Shown here: positions 9,277 to 19,799 of the stretch, piece after piece
Layout of the letters: each line of letters starts with the position of its first letter
How positions within the stretch are numbered: position 1 is the stretch's first letter
Assembly (NCBI GenBank): GCA_964291415.2
Contig: OZ219917.1
Location: forward strand, 520,610 to 584,609
Direction of reading: 5' to 3'
DNA from: Alphaproteobacteria bacterium
GTDB lineage: Bacteria; Pseudomonadota; Alphaproteobacteria; SP197
Length of the DNA: 64,000 nt
Notes under the pieces: model-generated
The model's input: the letters and a program-made list of their open reading frames with translations, nothing else
Database searches by the model: none
Told to the model about the DNA's origin: nothing
Translations under genes and position numbers: made by a program

Positions 9277-9582
9277 TCAGCCCGCCCCCAGACACTGGGT
9301 GGTCGCTGCGGCGGACCAGTTACCACGGCGGAGCCTGAACTCCCAATACCACGCGGGGAAACAAAACGGTTGACTCCGGAATCCAGCCATGGCGTCTCGA
9401 CATCGGGTGTCGAAAGGCACGACTGTGCCGTAGTCGTGTGAGAGCACTCTGGAGCCATTCGGAGGGTATGCCTCTCGCAGGCGGCTTCAGTCTTCGATTT
9501 TGGGTTTGTACCAACGTTGGGATGGCAGCCAGATCCGACACCCTATGGGAGCGCGGCCCGGATTTCAGGAGAGAGCAAGGCG

Positions 9583-10284
9583 ATGACGGACAAGGTGGCA
9601 ATGATCTCGGCGGGCGGCAGCGGCATGGGCGCCGCCACGGCCGAACGGTTGGCAGCTGACGGCTATCGCATCGCCATTCTTTCCTCGTCCGGCAAGGGCG
9701 AGGCGCTGGCCGGGACACTGGGTGGAATCGGCGTCACGGGCTCCAACCGCTCCAACGACGATATCCGGCGCCTCGTCGACCTCGCGATGGAACGCTGGGA
9801 CCGCATCGACGTCCTGGTCAACAGCGCCGGCCACGGGCCACGCGGGCCCGTGATGGAACTCACGGACGATGACTGGCACACCGGCATGGAGGTCTATTTC
9901 CTCTCGGCCGTGCGTCCGACCCGCGCCGTGCTGCCGGCCATGGAGGCCCAGGGATCGGGCGCCATCGTCAACATCTCGACCTTCGCCGCCTTCGAGCCCG
10001 ATCCGGTGTTCCCCACCTCCGGCGTCTTCCGCGCCGGGCTGGCTGCCTGGTGCAAGCTCTTCGCCGACCGCTACGCCGCCGCCGGCATTCGCATGAACAA
10101 TGTGCTGCCGGGCTTCATCGACAGCCTGCCGGAGAATCCGGACTTCAAGGCCCGCATCCCCATGGCGCGCTACGGCACGGTGGCGGAGATCGCCGCCACC
10201 GTCGCCTTCCTGGCTTCCGACGGCGCCGGCTACATCACCGGCCAGAACCTGCGCGCCGACGGCGGCATCACGCGCGCGGTGTGA
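9583..10284 (+). CDS. SDR-family protein, atypical (catalytic Tyr/Lys apparently absent)
   Basis: Rossmann motif ISAGGSGMGAA and LVNSAG. Where YxxxK is expected the sequence reads VFRAGLAAWCK. ATG 9583 is preceded by AGGAGAGAG. Confidence 0.8.
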   Translation: MTDKVAMISAGGSGMGAATAERLAADGYRIAILSSSGKGEALAGTLGGIGVTGSNRSNDDIRRLVDLAMERWDRIDVLVNSAGHGPRGPVMELTDDDWHTGMEVYFLSAVRPTRAVLPAMEAQGSGAIVNISTFAAFEPDPVFPTSGVFRAGLAAWCKLFADRYAAAGIRMNNVLPGFIDSLPENPDFKARIPMARYGTVAEIAATVAFLASDGAGYITGQNLRADGGITRAV

Positions 10285-10458
10285 GAACGCCGCCGTCGCG
10301 GGGGGCGCCGGTCGCGGGAGTTGGCGAAGTCGCGCTGAAAACGGGTGAGTCCCCGGACGGCAGCACCACGGACATGGCGGACTCCGGATGCGCGAGAATG
10401 CCGTTGAAGCCGTCGGCCCTGGAACTGTTCATCCAGGTTTTCTCGCCAGGGCAATCCG

Positions 10459-12099
10459 TCACATGTTGGGGTAGTTCGGGCCGCCGCCGCCTTCCGGCGT
10501 CACCCAGACGATGTTCTGTGTCGGATCCTTGATGTCGCATGTCTTGCAGTGCACGCAGTTCTGCGCGTTGATCTGCAGCCTTGCCCCGTCGTCATCCTCG
10601 ATGATCTCGTAGACTCCGGCCGGACAGTAGCGTTGTTCGGGGGCATCGTAGAGGGCGAGATTGATGTCGACCGGCACGCTGGCATCCTTGAGGGTGAGAT
10701 GGACGGGCTGGTCCTCCTCGTGGTTCGTCGATGACAGGTACACCGAACTCGCACGATCGAAAGTGATCTCGCCGTCGGGCGGGGGATAGTCGATCGCCTG
10801 GCAGGCATTCTTCGGCTTGAGGGATTCGTGATCCGGACGATGCCGGAACGTCCAGGGCGCCCGTCCCCTCAGGATCACCGTGTCGATGGCGGAATAGAGG
10901 AAACCCTGGACGAAACCGCCGTGAAAGCTCGGCCTGATGTTGCGCACGCGGTAGAGTTCGTCCCACAGCCAGGTCTGGCGCAGGCGTTCGCCATAGGCGA
11001 GGACTTCAGCACCTCCTTCTGTCTCGCCGGCGAGACAGTCGAACACCGCCTCGGCTGCGGTCATGCCACTCTTCATGGCCGTGTGGCTGCCCTTGATCTT
11101 CGGCACGTTGAGAAAGCCGGCCGCACAGCCGATCAGCATGCCACCGGGGAAGGTGAGGCGTGGAATCGACTGGAAGCCGCCCTCGTTGATGGCGCGGGCG
11201 CCATAGGCAATGCGTTTGCCACCCTCGAAGAAGGGGCGGATCGCCGGGTGTGTCTTGAACCGCTGGAATTCGTCGAAGGGCGAGAGCCAGGGGTTCTCGT
11301 AGTCGAGGCCGACGACGAAGCCGACGGCGATCTGGTTGTCGTCGAGGTGATAGAGAAAGGATCCGCCGTAGGTCCTGCCATCCATGGGCCAGCCGGCGGT
11401 ATGGATGACCGTGCCCGGCTCGTGCCTTTCCGGGTCGACCTCCCACAACTCCTTGATTCCGATTCCGTATGTCTGCGGCTGGACGCCCTCACGCAGGCCG
11501 AAGCGATCCATCAGCTGTCGGGAGAGGTGCCCGCGGCACCCCTCGGCAAAGAGAACCTGCCTGGCATGAAGTTCGATACCGGGCTCGTACGTGTCCTTCG
11601 GCTTGCCGTCGCGGCCGATCCCCATGTCGCCGGTTGCCACACCCTTCACGGAGCCGTCATCGTGGAACAGGACCTCGGCGGCGGCAAAGCCGGGGAAGAT
11701 CGCCACGCCCAGGGCTTCCGCCTCGCCGGCCAGCCAGCGGCAGACATTGCCAAGCGAGATGATGTAGTTGCCGTGGTTCGCCATCTGCGGGGGTGTCGGC
11801 AGGCGAACCGCGCGCTTTTCGGTGAGATAGAGGAACCGGTCCTTCTTCACCGGTGTCAGCAGAGGTGCCCCGCGTTCCTTCCAGTCGGGAATGAGCTCGT
11901 TGATCGCCCGCGGCTCCATGACCGCGCCCGACAGGATGTGCGCACCGACTTCGGATCCCTTCTCGAGAACGCAGACCGAGACGTCCTCTCCCGCTTCTTC
12001 GGCCAGCTGTGCAAGGCGGATGGCTGCGGCCAGACCTGCAGGTCCGGCGCCCACGATCACGACATCGAACTCCATGCTCTCGCGTTCGCGCTGTTCCAT
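10459..12099 (-). CDS. electron-transfer flavoprotein:ubiquinone oxidoreductase (ETF-QO)
   Basis: 546 aa with FAD motif [18 protein letters not shown] and a C-terminal 4Fe-4S ferredoxin-like segment CPAGVYE...[13 protein letters not shown]. Confidence 0.93.
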   Translation of the reverse strand: MEQRERESMEFDVVIVGAGPAGLAAAIRLAQLAEEAGEDVSVCVLEKGSEVGAHILSGAVMEPRAINELIPDWKERGAPLLTPVKKDRFLYLTEKRAVRLPTPPQMANHGNYIISLGNVCRWLAGEAEALGVAIFPGFAAAEVLFHDDGSVKGVATGDMGIGRDGKPKDTYEPGIELHARQVLFAEGCRGHLSRQLMDRFGLREGVQPQTYGIGIKELWEVDPERHEPGTVIHTAGWPMDGRTYGGSFLYHLDDNQIAVGFVVGLDYENPWLSPFDEFQRFKTHPAIRPFFEGGKRIAYGARAINEGGFQSIPRLTFPGGMLIGCAAGFLNVPKIKGSHTAMKSGMTAAEAVFDCLAGETEGGAEVLAYGERLRQTWLWDELYRVRNIRPSFHGGFVQGFLYSAIDTVILRGRAPWTFRHRPDHESLKPKNACQAIDYPPPDGEITFDRASSVYLSSTNHEEDQPVHLTLKDASVPVDINLALYDAPEQRYCPAGVYEIIEDDDGARLQINAQNCVHCKTCDIKDPTQNIVWVTPEGGGGPNYPNM

Positions 12100-12188
12100 T
12101 TCGTCCTTCAGTGCGCTGTCATTCCAGTTCTCTTAACCGACGGTGATATTCGTTACAATGCCGCCGGACGTTCGACGAGCGGAGCGCC

Positions 12189-12986
12189 ATGGATCGCGAG
12201 GAAGCCCGCAGATTGCTGAACTGGTATGTCGCAATAGGCGTCGACGAAGCGACCACCGCGGTGGCGGTCGACCGCTTCGTTGTTCCTCCGGCGCCGGCTC
12301 CCGTCCGAACGGCACCCGCGAGAGGACCGCAGGTCCCGACCCGACCGGCTGCTGCCCCCGAGGACGCCAGGACCCTGGCGGCCAGCGCCTCCAGTCTTGA
12401 GGAACTGGTCGGAATCATCAACGCGTTCGATGGATGCCCGCTCAAGCGCACGGCCACCACGACCTGCATCGCCGACGGCAATGCGCAAGCGTCCATCATG
12501 ATCATCGGTGAAGCCCCCGGGGCCGAAGAGGACCGCCAGGGCAAACCCTTCGTCGGCCCGGCCGGAAAGCTCCTTGACCGGATGCTGGCCGCGATCGGCC
12601 TCGACAGAACCCATGTCTACATCACCAACACCCTCTACTGGCGCCCGCCCGGAAACCGCACGCCCACGCCTGCGGAGATTGCGGTGTGCCTCCCCTTTCT
12701 CGAAAGGCAGGTGGAGCTCCTGGCGCCCAGACTTCTCGTCTACGCCGGAGGGACAGCGGTGCGGGCCATGTTCGATACGGCTCCAGGCGAAGGCATCACA
12801 CGGCTTCGCGGACGCTGGCTGCGCCTCGAGCGCGAAGGCAGGGAGCCTGTGCCGGCCATCGCCATGTTCCACCCGGCCTATCTGTTGCGCCAGCCCCTCA
12901 AGAAGCGCGAGAGCTGGCGCGACCTTCTCGCCATACGAGAGCGCATGGACGAACTCGGGATCGCACCCGGAATGCCGAAGGCCTGA
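12189..12986 (+). CDS. family-4 uracil-DNA glycosylase with N-terminal extension
   Basis: Motifs GEAPGAEEDRQGKPFVGPAGKLLDRML and HPAYLLR. Confidence 0.88.
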   Translation: MDREEARRLLNWYVAIGVDEATTAVAVDRFVVPPAPAPVRTAPARGPQVPTRPAAAPEDARTLAASASSLEELVGIINAFDGCPLKRTATTTCIADGNAQASIMIIGEAPGAEEDRQGKPFVGPAGKLLDRMLAAIGLDRTHVYITNTLYWRPPGNRTPTPAEIAVCLPFLERQVELLAPRLLVYAGGTAVRAMFDTAPGEGITRLRGRWLRLEREGREPVPAIAMFHPAYLLRQPLKKRESWRDLLAIRERMDELGIAPGMPKA

Positions 12987-12999
12987 CGGCATCTGACCG

Positions 13000-14838
13000 A
13001 TGGCGAAATCCCGTCTCCACGCCGGAGTATCCGGCGCCCTGCGCCTGCTCGTGGCGGGTGTCGTGATCGTGTGGGCTCACGGCGCATCGGCCCTTGACCT
13101 GCCTCCCCTGCCCTCCCTCAAGCCGGTCCCGCCGGTCAACGTCAGCGCGGTACCCCTGCCGGGTGTGCGGCCGGAGGCCCCCGAACGTGACCCCTGGCGG
13201 ATTCTCGACGATGTGGACCAGGAGATCTATCGCCGCATCTTTGCTGTCCAGGAAAGCGCCGACTGGAGAGAAGCCGACCGGCTGATCACCCGCTTGAGGG
13301 ATCCGGTCCTGATGGGCCACGTTCTCGCCCAGCGCTATCTCCATCCGACAGGATGGATCTCGACCTTCGACGAATTGCGAACCTGGCTCGAATCCTGGGC
13401 CGACCATCCGGACGCCCGGCGCATCCACGCCCTGGCGTTGAGACGCCAGCCGGCAGGAGCGGCGCCCCCCGCGGCTCCCGCCGCGAGGTGGGGGGATCCG
13501 GATATCGCAACCGTGACCATCGCGACCGGCTCGGCCGCCCTTTTGTCAACGGACCCCGATGACGGGCTCACCTCCGGTGAAAGCGACTTCCTGAAGCAGA
13601 TACGCCGCGATGTCCGGAATGGTCGCCTCGGGGTTGCATGGTCGCGGCTGAGCGATACCGAGGCTCTTGCCGGCGCCGGATTGCTCGCCATCGACATGGC
13701 GGCGGCGGAGATCGCCTTCGGTTACTTCATTCATGGCGATGACGCCCTTGCTCTCGATATCGCCACCACGGCCCTTCATCGATCGGGACACCTGGTTCCC
13801 CTGGCCGGCTGGACCGCAGGACTGGCTGCCTGGCGCTCCGGTCGTCCGCACACGGCGCGCTCGATGATGCTGGTGGCCTCCCAGGGAGATCCTGCCAACC
13901 CGTTGGTGACCGCCAGTGCCTGGTGGGCGGCAAGACTGTCCCTGCTGACGGGGGAGCCGGGCGATATCGGCTATCTTCTCGGCATTGCGGCGCACCGGCC
14001 CTACACGCTCTACGGACTTCTCGCCCGGCATGCCCTGGGAATGGACGAAGATCTCGTCAACGATCCCCTTCCGCTGGTGTCTGACGACGGAGTGACGGCA
14101 CTGTTGAAGAAACCCGCCATGCGCCGGGCCCTGGCGCTTGCCGAGGTGGGTCAGCACCACCGGGGAGACCGGGAACTGCGGGGACTCGGCGTCCGTCGTC
14201 ACCCGGCTGCGGCCTCCGCCATCCTGGCCATGGCGGAGCGCATGCCGTTTCCGGCGACGCGGTACCGGCTGTCCCGGGAGTTCCTGATGCTCCACGCCGC
14301 ACGACTCGATGACGCCCTCTTCCCGCTTCCGCCTTGGGAACCCGAGGAAGGATTCACCGTCGAGCCGGCACTGATGTATGCCCTCATGCGCCAGGAGTCG
14401 CGTTTTCGGGCCCGCACGGTCAGCCGTGCCGGAGCCCGGGGGATCCTGCAGATCATGCCGGCCACGGCAGCCTGGATTGCCGGTGATTCCGGCCTTGCGG
14501 GCGCCGGGAGGTATCGTCTCGATGATCCTGGAGTCTCCGTCGACCTGGGGGAGAGATATGTCCGCTACCTGCTCGATCTGCCGGATATCGACGGCAGTCT
14601 CTTCCTCGTGCTTGCCGCCTACAACGGAGGTCCGGCGAGACTGGCGAGACGGTTGAATGACGTAAGCCCGCTGGCCGATCCTCTTCTTTTCGTGGAGTCC
14701 TATCCCTCTCGCGAGACCCGTTCCTTTCTCAGGAGCGTGATGGCAGACTACTGGATCTACACCAGGAGACTGGGATACGAACCGGCGTCGCTGGCCGCGC
14801 TGGCGGCCGGAGACTGGCCCCTCTATGGAGATTCCTGA
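13000..14838 (+). CDS. soluble lytic murein transglycosylase (SLT domain)
   Basis: Signal peptide present. C-terminal SLT catalytic region LMRQESRFRARTVSRAGARGILQIMPATA...AAYNGGPARL. Confidence 0.88.
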   Translation: MAKSRLHAGVSGALRLLVAGVVIVWAHGASALDLPPLPSLKPVPPVNVSAVPLPGVRPEAPERDPWRILDDVDQEIYRRIFAVQESADWREADRLITRLRDPVLMGHVLAQRYLHPTGWISTFDELRTWLESWADHPDARRIHALALRRQPAGAAPPAAPAARWGDPDIATVTIATGSAALLSTDPDDGLTSGESDFLKQIRRDVRNGRLGVAWSRLSDTEALAGAGLLAIDMAAAEIAFGYFIHGDDALALDIATTALHRSGHLVPLAGWTAGLAAWRSGRPHTARSMMLVASQGDPANPLVTASAWWAARLSLLTGEPGDIGYLLGIAAHRPYTLYGLLARHALGMDEDLVNDPLPLVSDDGVTALLKKPAMRRALALAEVGQHHRGDRELRGLGVRRHPAAASAILAMAERMPFPATRYRLSREFLMLHAARLDDALFPLPPWEPEEGFTVEPALMYALMRQESRFRARTVSRAGARGILQIMPATAAWIAGDSGLAGAGRYRLDDPGVSVDLGERYVRYLLDLPDIDGSLFLVLAAYNGGPARLARRLNDVSPLADPLLFVESYPSRETRSFLRSVMADYWIYTRRLGYEPASLAALAAGDWPLYGDS

Positions 14839-14839
14839 C

Positions 14840-15394
14840 ATGCCCGGAATCGACGACAGCAAGCCGTTCCTCGCGGTCCGGATCGCCGTCCTGACGGTCT
14901 CCGACAGCCGTTCCCTCGATGACGACCGGTCGGGCGCCGTTCTCGTCGAACGCGTCGAGGCGGCGGGTCACGAGGTGGCCGACCGCCGCATTGTCACCGA
15001 CGATGTGGCCTCGATCGTCGAAATCCTCCGGTCGTGGATCGACGATTCCGGCGTCGACGTCGTGATCGCCACGGGAGGCACCGGGGTCACCGGCCGCGAC
15101 GTCACCCCCGAAGCCTTCGACGAGGTCTGCGAGAAGGCGATTCCCGGATTTGGCGAGCTCTTCCGCTGGCTCTCGTTCCACAAGATCGGCACCTCGACGA
15201 TCCAGTCCCGGGCTACGGCCGGCGTCGCTGGCGGCACCTATCTCTTTGCCCTGCCGGGTTCGCCCGGCGCCTGCAGGGACGCGTGGGACGACATCCTGGT
15301 CCACCAGCTCGACTACCGCTTCGGCCCCTGCAACTTCGTCGAACTCATGCCCCGCCTGCTCGAGACAGGCCGCGCCGCGGCGAGAGGCTCCTGA
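14840..15394 (+). CDS. moaB: molybdenum cofactor biosynthesis protein B
   Basis: MoaB/MogA fold motifs VLTVSDSRS and [15 protein letters not shown]. An alternative ATG at 14825 overlaps the SLT stop. Confidence 0.85.
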   Translation: MPGIDDSKPFLAVRIAVLTVSDSRSLDDDRSGAVLVERVEAAGHEVADRRIVTDDVASIVEILRSWIDDSGVDVVIATGGTGVTGRDVTPEAFDEVCEKAIPGFGELFRWLSFHKIGTSTIQSRATAGVAGGTYLFALPGSPGACRDAWDDILVHQLDYRFGPCNFVELMPRLLETGRAAARGS

Positions 15395-15594
15395 AAGACC
15401 CTGCGGCCGGCGGGCGTCCTTGTCCATATCCCGCACGGGCCGGGCGTGACTCGACACGCCGCCCGATCCGGCGTGGAACAATGCGTGCGGCGCGCCACGC
15501 GCGATGGAACACGCCATGGCTGAGGCTGACCTGAACAGCCGAGCCGGCTACAATGAATCCGATGAGAGCAACAACTGAAGAGAGGGAGGTTCCA

Positions 15595-16761
15595 ATGACA
15601 TTGAAGCCATTGATGGAGACGACCCGTTTCCACGACCTGTTGTGCGAAGGCAAACTCAACCGCCGTGATGCCCACCGCGTCATGGCGAGCTTCGGTATCG
15701 GCACTCTGACCGCCCACTCCCTGGGAGGAAGCGCGCTCGCCCAGGAAGCCGACGAGGACCATCCCATATTCTTCACCTGGGGCGGCTATGACGAGCCGGA
15801 ATTCATGGTCCATTACACCGCGAAGTACGGCCGCGAGCCGAACTACCACTTCTTCTCCGACGAAGACGACGCCTTTGCCAAGATGAGGGGCGGCTACAAT
15901 CCGCACGTGACCTATCCGTGCGGCCCCTCGCTCAAGCGCTGGTACGATGCGGGCTTTCTGGCGCCGATCGAGACCGACCGGCTTTCCAACTGGCCCGACG
16001 TCATGCAGGTCTTCAAGGACGTGCCCCACTCGGTGGTGGACGGCGTCAGGGTCTATGTGCCGGAGGACTGGGGCCAGACCTCGATGGTCATCCGCACCGA
16101 CGTCGCGCCGGAGTATGCTGATCCCGAGAACCAGACATGGAAAGCGTTGTGGGACGAGAATTATGCCGGCCGCGTCTCGATCTCCAACTCTTCCTACGAG
16201 GCTTTCGCCATCGCGGCCCTCGTCCTGGGTATCAGCCCCTGGAACATGAACGAGGCCGAACGCATCCAGTGCGAGGATCTCCTGCGCAAACAGATTCCGC
16301 TCAACCGTGTGATCGGGGCCTCGTTCACGGAGCGTGTGCAGGCGGTGGCAGCGGGTGAAGTCGTGATATCGACGAACGACAACGGTGCCGTTGCGGAGCT
16401 TGCGACGCATGCCGAAGGCGGCAGCTTCGAATTCACGTGGGCCACGCCCAAAGAAGGTGCGATCACGTGGCATTGCGGCCTGTGCATCCATCCCGCCGCG
16501 ATCACCGACGGCTTCTACGAGAAGGCGCACGACATCATCGACTCCTTCATTTCGCCCGAAGCCGGCGCCTACGAGATCGGCAACTGGTACTACGGGCACT
16601 CCAACGTGAAGTCCTACGATGGGTTCGATGAGGAGTTCCTCAACTCGATCGGTCAGACCAAGTACGTCGAGGAGTTTCTCGCAACCGCCCAGTTCCAGCA
16701 GACGATGAACGAGCCGGACGTGCTTGCCACCCGTTGGGAAGAGCTGAAGGCCGGGTTCTGA
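15595..16761 (+). CDS. PotD/PotF-like periplasmic substrate-binding protein, copy 1 (Tat-type signal)
   Basis: ATG 15595 follows AGGGAGG. N-terminus reads KLNRRDAHRVMASFGIGTLTAHSLGGSALA. Most residues are identical to copy 2. No permease or ATPase gene is adjacent. Confidence 0.85.
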   Translation: MTLKPLMETTRFHDLLCEGKLNRRDAHRVMASFGIGTLTAHSLGGSALAQEADEDHPIFFTWGGYDEPEFMVHYTAKYGREPNYHFFSDEDDAFAKMRGGYNPHVTYPCGPSLKRWYDAGFLAPIETDRLSNWPDVMQVFKDVPHSVVDGVRVYVPEDWGQTSMVIRTDVAPEYADPENQTWKALWDENYAGRVSISNSSYEAFAIAALVLGISPWNMNEAERIQCEDLLRKQIPLNRVIGASFTERVQAVAAGEVVISTNDNGAVAELATHAEGGSFEFTWATPKEGAITWHCGLCIHPAAITDGFYEKAHDIIDSFISPEAGAYEIGNWYYGHSNVKSYDGFDEEFLNSIGQTKYVEEFLATAQFQQTMNEPDVLATRWEELKAGF

Positions 16762-16787
16762 GCCGCCCGTTCGCGGATGACTGCAAT

Positions 16788-16814
16788 CGGCCCGGCACCG
16801 GTGATGCCGGGCCG
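16788..16814 (+). terminator. GC-rich hairpin after SBP copy 1
   Basis: CGGCCCGGCA-CCGGTGA-TGCCGGGCCG: perfect 10-bp stem, 26 nt after the stop. The T-tract is weak (ATAGCCTTGTTG). Confidence 0.55.
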
Positions 16815-17215
16815 ATAGCCTTGTTGTCCTGCCGGCTGTCATGCGGTGCGTGCATGACCGCGCCATGTTCAATGAAGATCGATCACGGCATCGCCACCTG
16901 AGCCTGCGGTGCGGCGGGTGCGCCATTCGAAGACACCGAGGACGACGGATCCTCTCACCCCTGCAACCTGAGCGGCCAGTGGGCCTCGCCGGCTCTTCGG
17001 TTCGCACGCGCCTCCGCGACATGACGCAGACCGGGAGCAAGGCAGTGCTCGAGTCCGGCATCGGGCACTGGTGACGGCCGTTGTGACGATGCCGCGCAAT
17101 GAGGCTGGGTCTCGAACGCTCGAGGGTTGACGAATTTGGCGATTGTCCGCCAAGGGTCCGGATTGGTATGCTTTCGGCCTGCACGTCACCACAGGCAGTG
17201 AGTTACGGAGAGTCG

Positions 17216-18094
17216 ATGCCGCTGAGTTACTTCGATCGATCCGCCGACCCCGAGGCCATCAAGATGACCCTCAGCCGCGACGGCGTGGTGGCCGTGACGA
17301 ACCTGGTCGACCAGGAACTGGCCGATGCCGTGGCCGCCGAACTGCGGCCAGAACTCGATGCCAGAGGTCTTGAGACGGCCAGTGCCTTCAACGGTGATCT
17401 GACCAATCGCTACGGCGGTGTGCTGCGGACAGCGCCAAGTGCTGCCGCGCTGGTCGAGCATGACCTGGTGATCGACATCGCTAACCACGTCTTCCTGCCC
17501 CATGCCGCGACATACCGGATCAGCAGCCTGACGGCGATCGAGGTCATGCCCGGCGAAACCCACCAGGCGCTTCATCGCGACGATACGGTCTATCCGATCG
17601 ATATCGCCGGCATGGAAATGACCCTGGGCGTGATGTGGTCACTGAGTGATTTCACCGAACAGAACGGTGGCACGCGGGTGGTCCCCAACAGCCATCGCCT
17701 GCTGCGCTCGTGGCACATTCCGGATTTGTCGAACTGGGAGTCCACGGTGATGCCGAAGGGATCGGCGGTCTTCTACCTCGGTTCGACCTGGCATGGCGCC
17801 GGAGCCAACCGAAGCGATACGCCACGCCTGGGTCTGGTCAACAGCTACTGCCTGGGATGGTTGCGCCCGGAGGTCAATCAGTACCTGATCACGCCGCCCG
17901 AGGTGGCGGTGCAGTACAGTTCCCGCGTACGCGCGCTGCTCGGCTACATGGCGCACGACTCGGGCGACGACCGGTGCGGCAGTCACCGCGGCGACTGCCC
18001 GGCCTGGGTCGACACGCCGCCTGAGCCGGCCTGGAACAATGCGCGTGGCACGGTGGGCACGATGGATGACGCCAGGGCGCAGGGCGGAGGCTGA
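17216..18094 (+). CDS. phytanoyl-CoA dioxygenase (PhyH) family Fe(II)/2-oxoglutarate oxygenase
   Basis: HxD in QALHRDD, then GGTRVVPNSHR and WHGAGANRSDTPR. ATG 17216 is preceded by ACGGAGAG. Confidence 0.85.
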   Translation: MPLSYFDRSADPEAIKMTLSRDGVVAVTNLVDQELADAVAAELRPELDARGLETASAFNGDLTNRYGGVLRTAPSAAALVEHDLVIDIANHVFLPHAATYRISSLTAIEVMPGETHQALHRDDTVYPIDIAGMEMTLGVMWSLSDFTEQNGGTRVVPNSHRLLRSWHIPDLSNWESTVMPKGSAVFYLGSTWHGAGANRSDTPRLGLVNSYCLGWLRPEVNQYLITPPEVAVQYSSRVRALLGYMAHDSGDDRCGSHRGDCPAWVDTPPEPAWNNARGTVGTMDDARAQGGG

Positions 18095-18159
18095 CCTGAT
18101 CAGCCGCGCCAACCATGATGAACCCGTTGAGACCAACTAATGAGAAAGGGGAGGTTCTT

Positions 18160-19326
18160 ATGACGTTGAAGCCACTGATGGAGACGACCCGTTTCCACGA
18201 CCTGTTGTGCGAAGGCAAACTCAACCGACGTGATGCCCACCGTGTCATGGCGACCTTCGGTATCGGCACTGTGACCGCGCACACCCTGGGAGGGGGTGCG
18301 CTGGCCCAGGAAGCCGACGAGGATCACCCGATCTTCTTCACCTGGGGAGGCTATGACGAACCGGAGTTCATGGTTCACTACACCGCGAAGTACGGCCGCG
18401 AGCCGAACTACCATTTGTTCGCCTCCGAGGACGAGGCCTTTGCCAAGATGTGGGGCGGCTTCGAGCCACACGTAACCTACCCGTGCGGTCCCTCGCTCGC
18501 GCTCTGGTACGACGCGGGCCTTCTCGCGCCGATCGAAACCGACCGGCTTTCCAACTGGCCCGACGTCATGCAGGTCTTCAAGGATGTGGCCGACTCGGTG
18601 GTGGACGGCGTCAGGGTCTATGTGCCGGAGGACTGGGGCCAGACCTCGATGGTCATCCGCACCGACCTCGCACCGGAGTACGCTGATCCCGCAAACCAGA
18701 CATGGGAAGCGTTGTGGAACGAGAAGTATGCAGGCCGCCTCTCGATCTCCAACCACTCCTACGAAGCCTTCGCGATCGCGGCTCTCGTCCTGGGTATCAG
18801 CCCCTGGGACATGAACGAGGCCGAACGCATCCAGTGCGAGGATCTCCTGCGCAAGCAGATGCCGCTCAACCGCGGGCTCGAGTCCTCGTCCACGGAGCGT
18901 AGCCAGGCAGTGGCAGCGGGCGAACTCGTGATATCGACGAACGACAACGGAATCGTCGCACAGCTCGCGGCGCATGCCGAAGATACCCCGATGGAGTTCG
19001 CCTGGGCCACGCCCAGGGAGGGTGCACTCACGTGGCATTGCGGCCTGTGCATCCATCCCGCCGCGATCAGGGACGGCTTCTACGAGAAGGCGCACGAGAT
19101 CATCGACTCCTTCATTTCGCCCGAAGCCGGCGCCTACGAGATCGGCAACTGGTACTACGGGCATTCCAACGTGAAGTCCTACGAGGGGTTCACCGAGGAG
19201 TTCCTCAATTCGATCGGTCAGACCAAGCGCGTCGAGGAGTTCCTCGCGACCGCCCAGTTCCAGCAGACGATGAACGAGCCGGAGGTGCTCGCCAATCGTT
19301 GGGAAGAGCTGAAGGCCGGGTTCTGA
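18160..19326 (+). CDS. PotD/PotF-like periplasmic substrate-binding protein, copy 2
   Basis: Paralogue of 15595-16761 with the same length (388 aa), the same RBS context (GGGGAGG) and the same Tat-like N-terminus. Confidence 0.85.
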   Translation: MTLKPLMETTRFHDLLCEGKLNRRDAHRVMATFGIGTVTAHTLGGGALAQEADEDHPIFFTWGGYDEPEFMVHYTAKYGREPNYHLFASEDEAFAKMWGGFEPHVTYPCGPSLALWYDAGLLAPIETDRLSNWPDVMQVFKDVADSVVDGVRVYVPEDWGQTSMVIRTDLAPEYADPANQTWEALWNEKYAGRLSISNHSYEAFAIAALVLGISPWDMNEAERIQCEDLLRKQMPLNRGLESSSTERSQAVAAGELVISTNDNGIVAQLAAHAEDTPMEFAWATPREGALTWHCGLCIHPAAIRDGFYEKAHEIIDSFISPEAGAYEIGNWYYGHSNVKSYEGFTEEFLNSIGQTKRVEEFLATAQFQQTMNEPEVLANRWEELKAGF

Positions 19327-19365
19327 TCTTTCGGCTCGCTTGACCGACCCTGAGGTGCGCAGTCA

Positions 19366-19390
19366 GGCCCGGCACCGGTGGTGCCGGGCC
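19366..19390 (+). terminator. GC-rich hairpin after SBP copy 2
   Basis: GGCCCGGCAC-CGGTG-GTGCCGGGCC, the duplicated counterpart of the hairpin at 16788-16814. Confidence 0.55.
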
Positions 19391-19729
19391 GATGGCTCCC
19401 TGCCTTGGGGCGAGATCCGTCCCCTGTCTGCCGCCATGCGGCGCGAACTTCGCCACGCCTGATCCTGCGTGTTGAGCGAAAACGTCGGGAAAGACGGATC
19501 CTCTCACCGCACGACCGGAACAGCGAGTGTGCCTCACCGGTTCCTCGGCTCGCGGATACGCCGTGCGATGGCATGGATCGGATGGCAGGCAGGACGTCGT
19601 CGCCTTCGAGTCCGGCGCCGGGAACCGGTGATCGGCGATGTGATGACGATGCGCAAGGCGGCAGGGCCCCGGCCGACAACGCCCGGTGGCTTCCTTTGGG
19701 AATTGTATACGAAACTTGACAGAATAGAC

Positions 19730-19758
19730 TTGACATCCAGTGGTGTTATCGATATGAA
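19730..19758 (+). promoter_or_regulatory. sigma70-like promoter for tnpB
   Basis: TTGACA (19730-19735), 17-nt spacer, TATGAA (19753-19758), about 40 nt upstream of ATG 19800. A second TTGACA lies at 19716-19721. Confidence 0.5.
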
Positions 19759-19799
19759 TTCGTTTGTTAAATCAGTGTTCTCAACACCGGAGTCCCCGC

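Larger units (their letters stand above)
15440..19660 (+). repeat. ~2.56-kb tandem duplication: [phyH 3' tail - SBP - spacer] x2, with the full phyH between the copies
   Basis: 15451-15460 equals 18009-18018 (TCGACACGCC, offset 2558). Homology continues through both SBP genes, both terminator hairpins, and degenerately to about 17100 and about 19660. Copy A begins with an orphan phyH 3' fragment (PDPAWNNA versus PEPAWNNA). Confidence 0.85.

Noticed and set aside
9413-9440. Two mutually exclusive small hairpins (GGCAC/GTGCC and CACGACT/AGTCGTG) upstream of the atypical SDR.
   Set aside because: The stems are only 5-7 bp, with no T-tract and no flanking conserved element, so they are likely fortuitous.
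7815-9458. Very long ORFs antisense to well-supported genes. Examples: 7815-9458 (-), 15313-17184 (-), 18100-19164 (-), 31302-32843 (+), 45724-47679 (+), 59166-61103 (+), 59680-61170 (-).
   Set aside because: Their translations are Arg/Gly/Pro/Ala-rich low complexity with no motifs. Each lies opposite a gene with clear family signatures. Stop-poor antisense frames are expected in GC-rich DNA.
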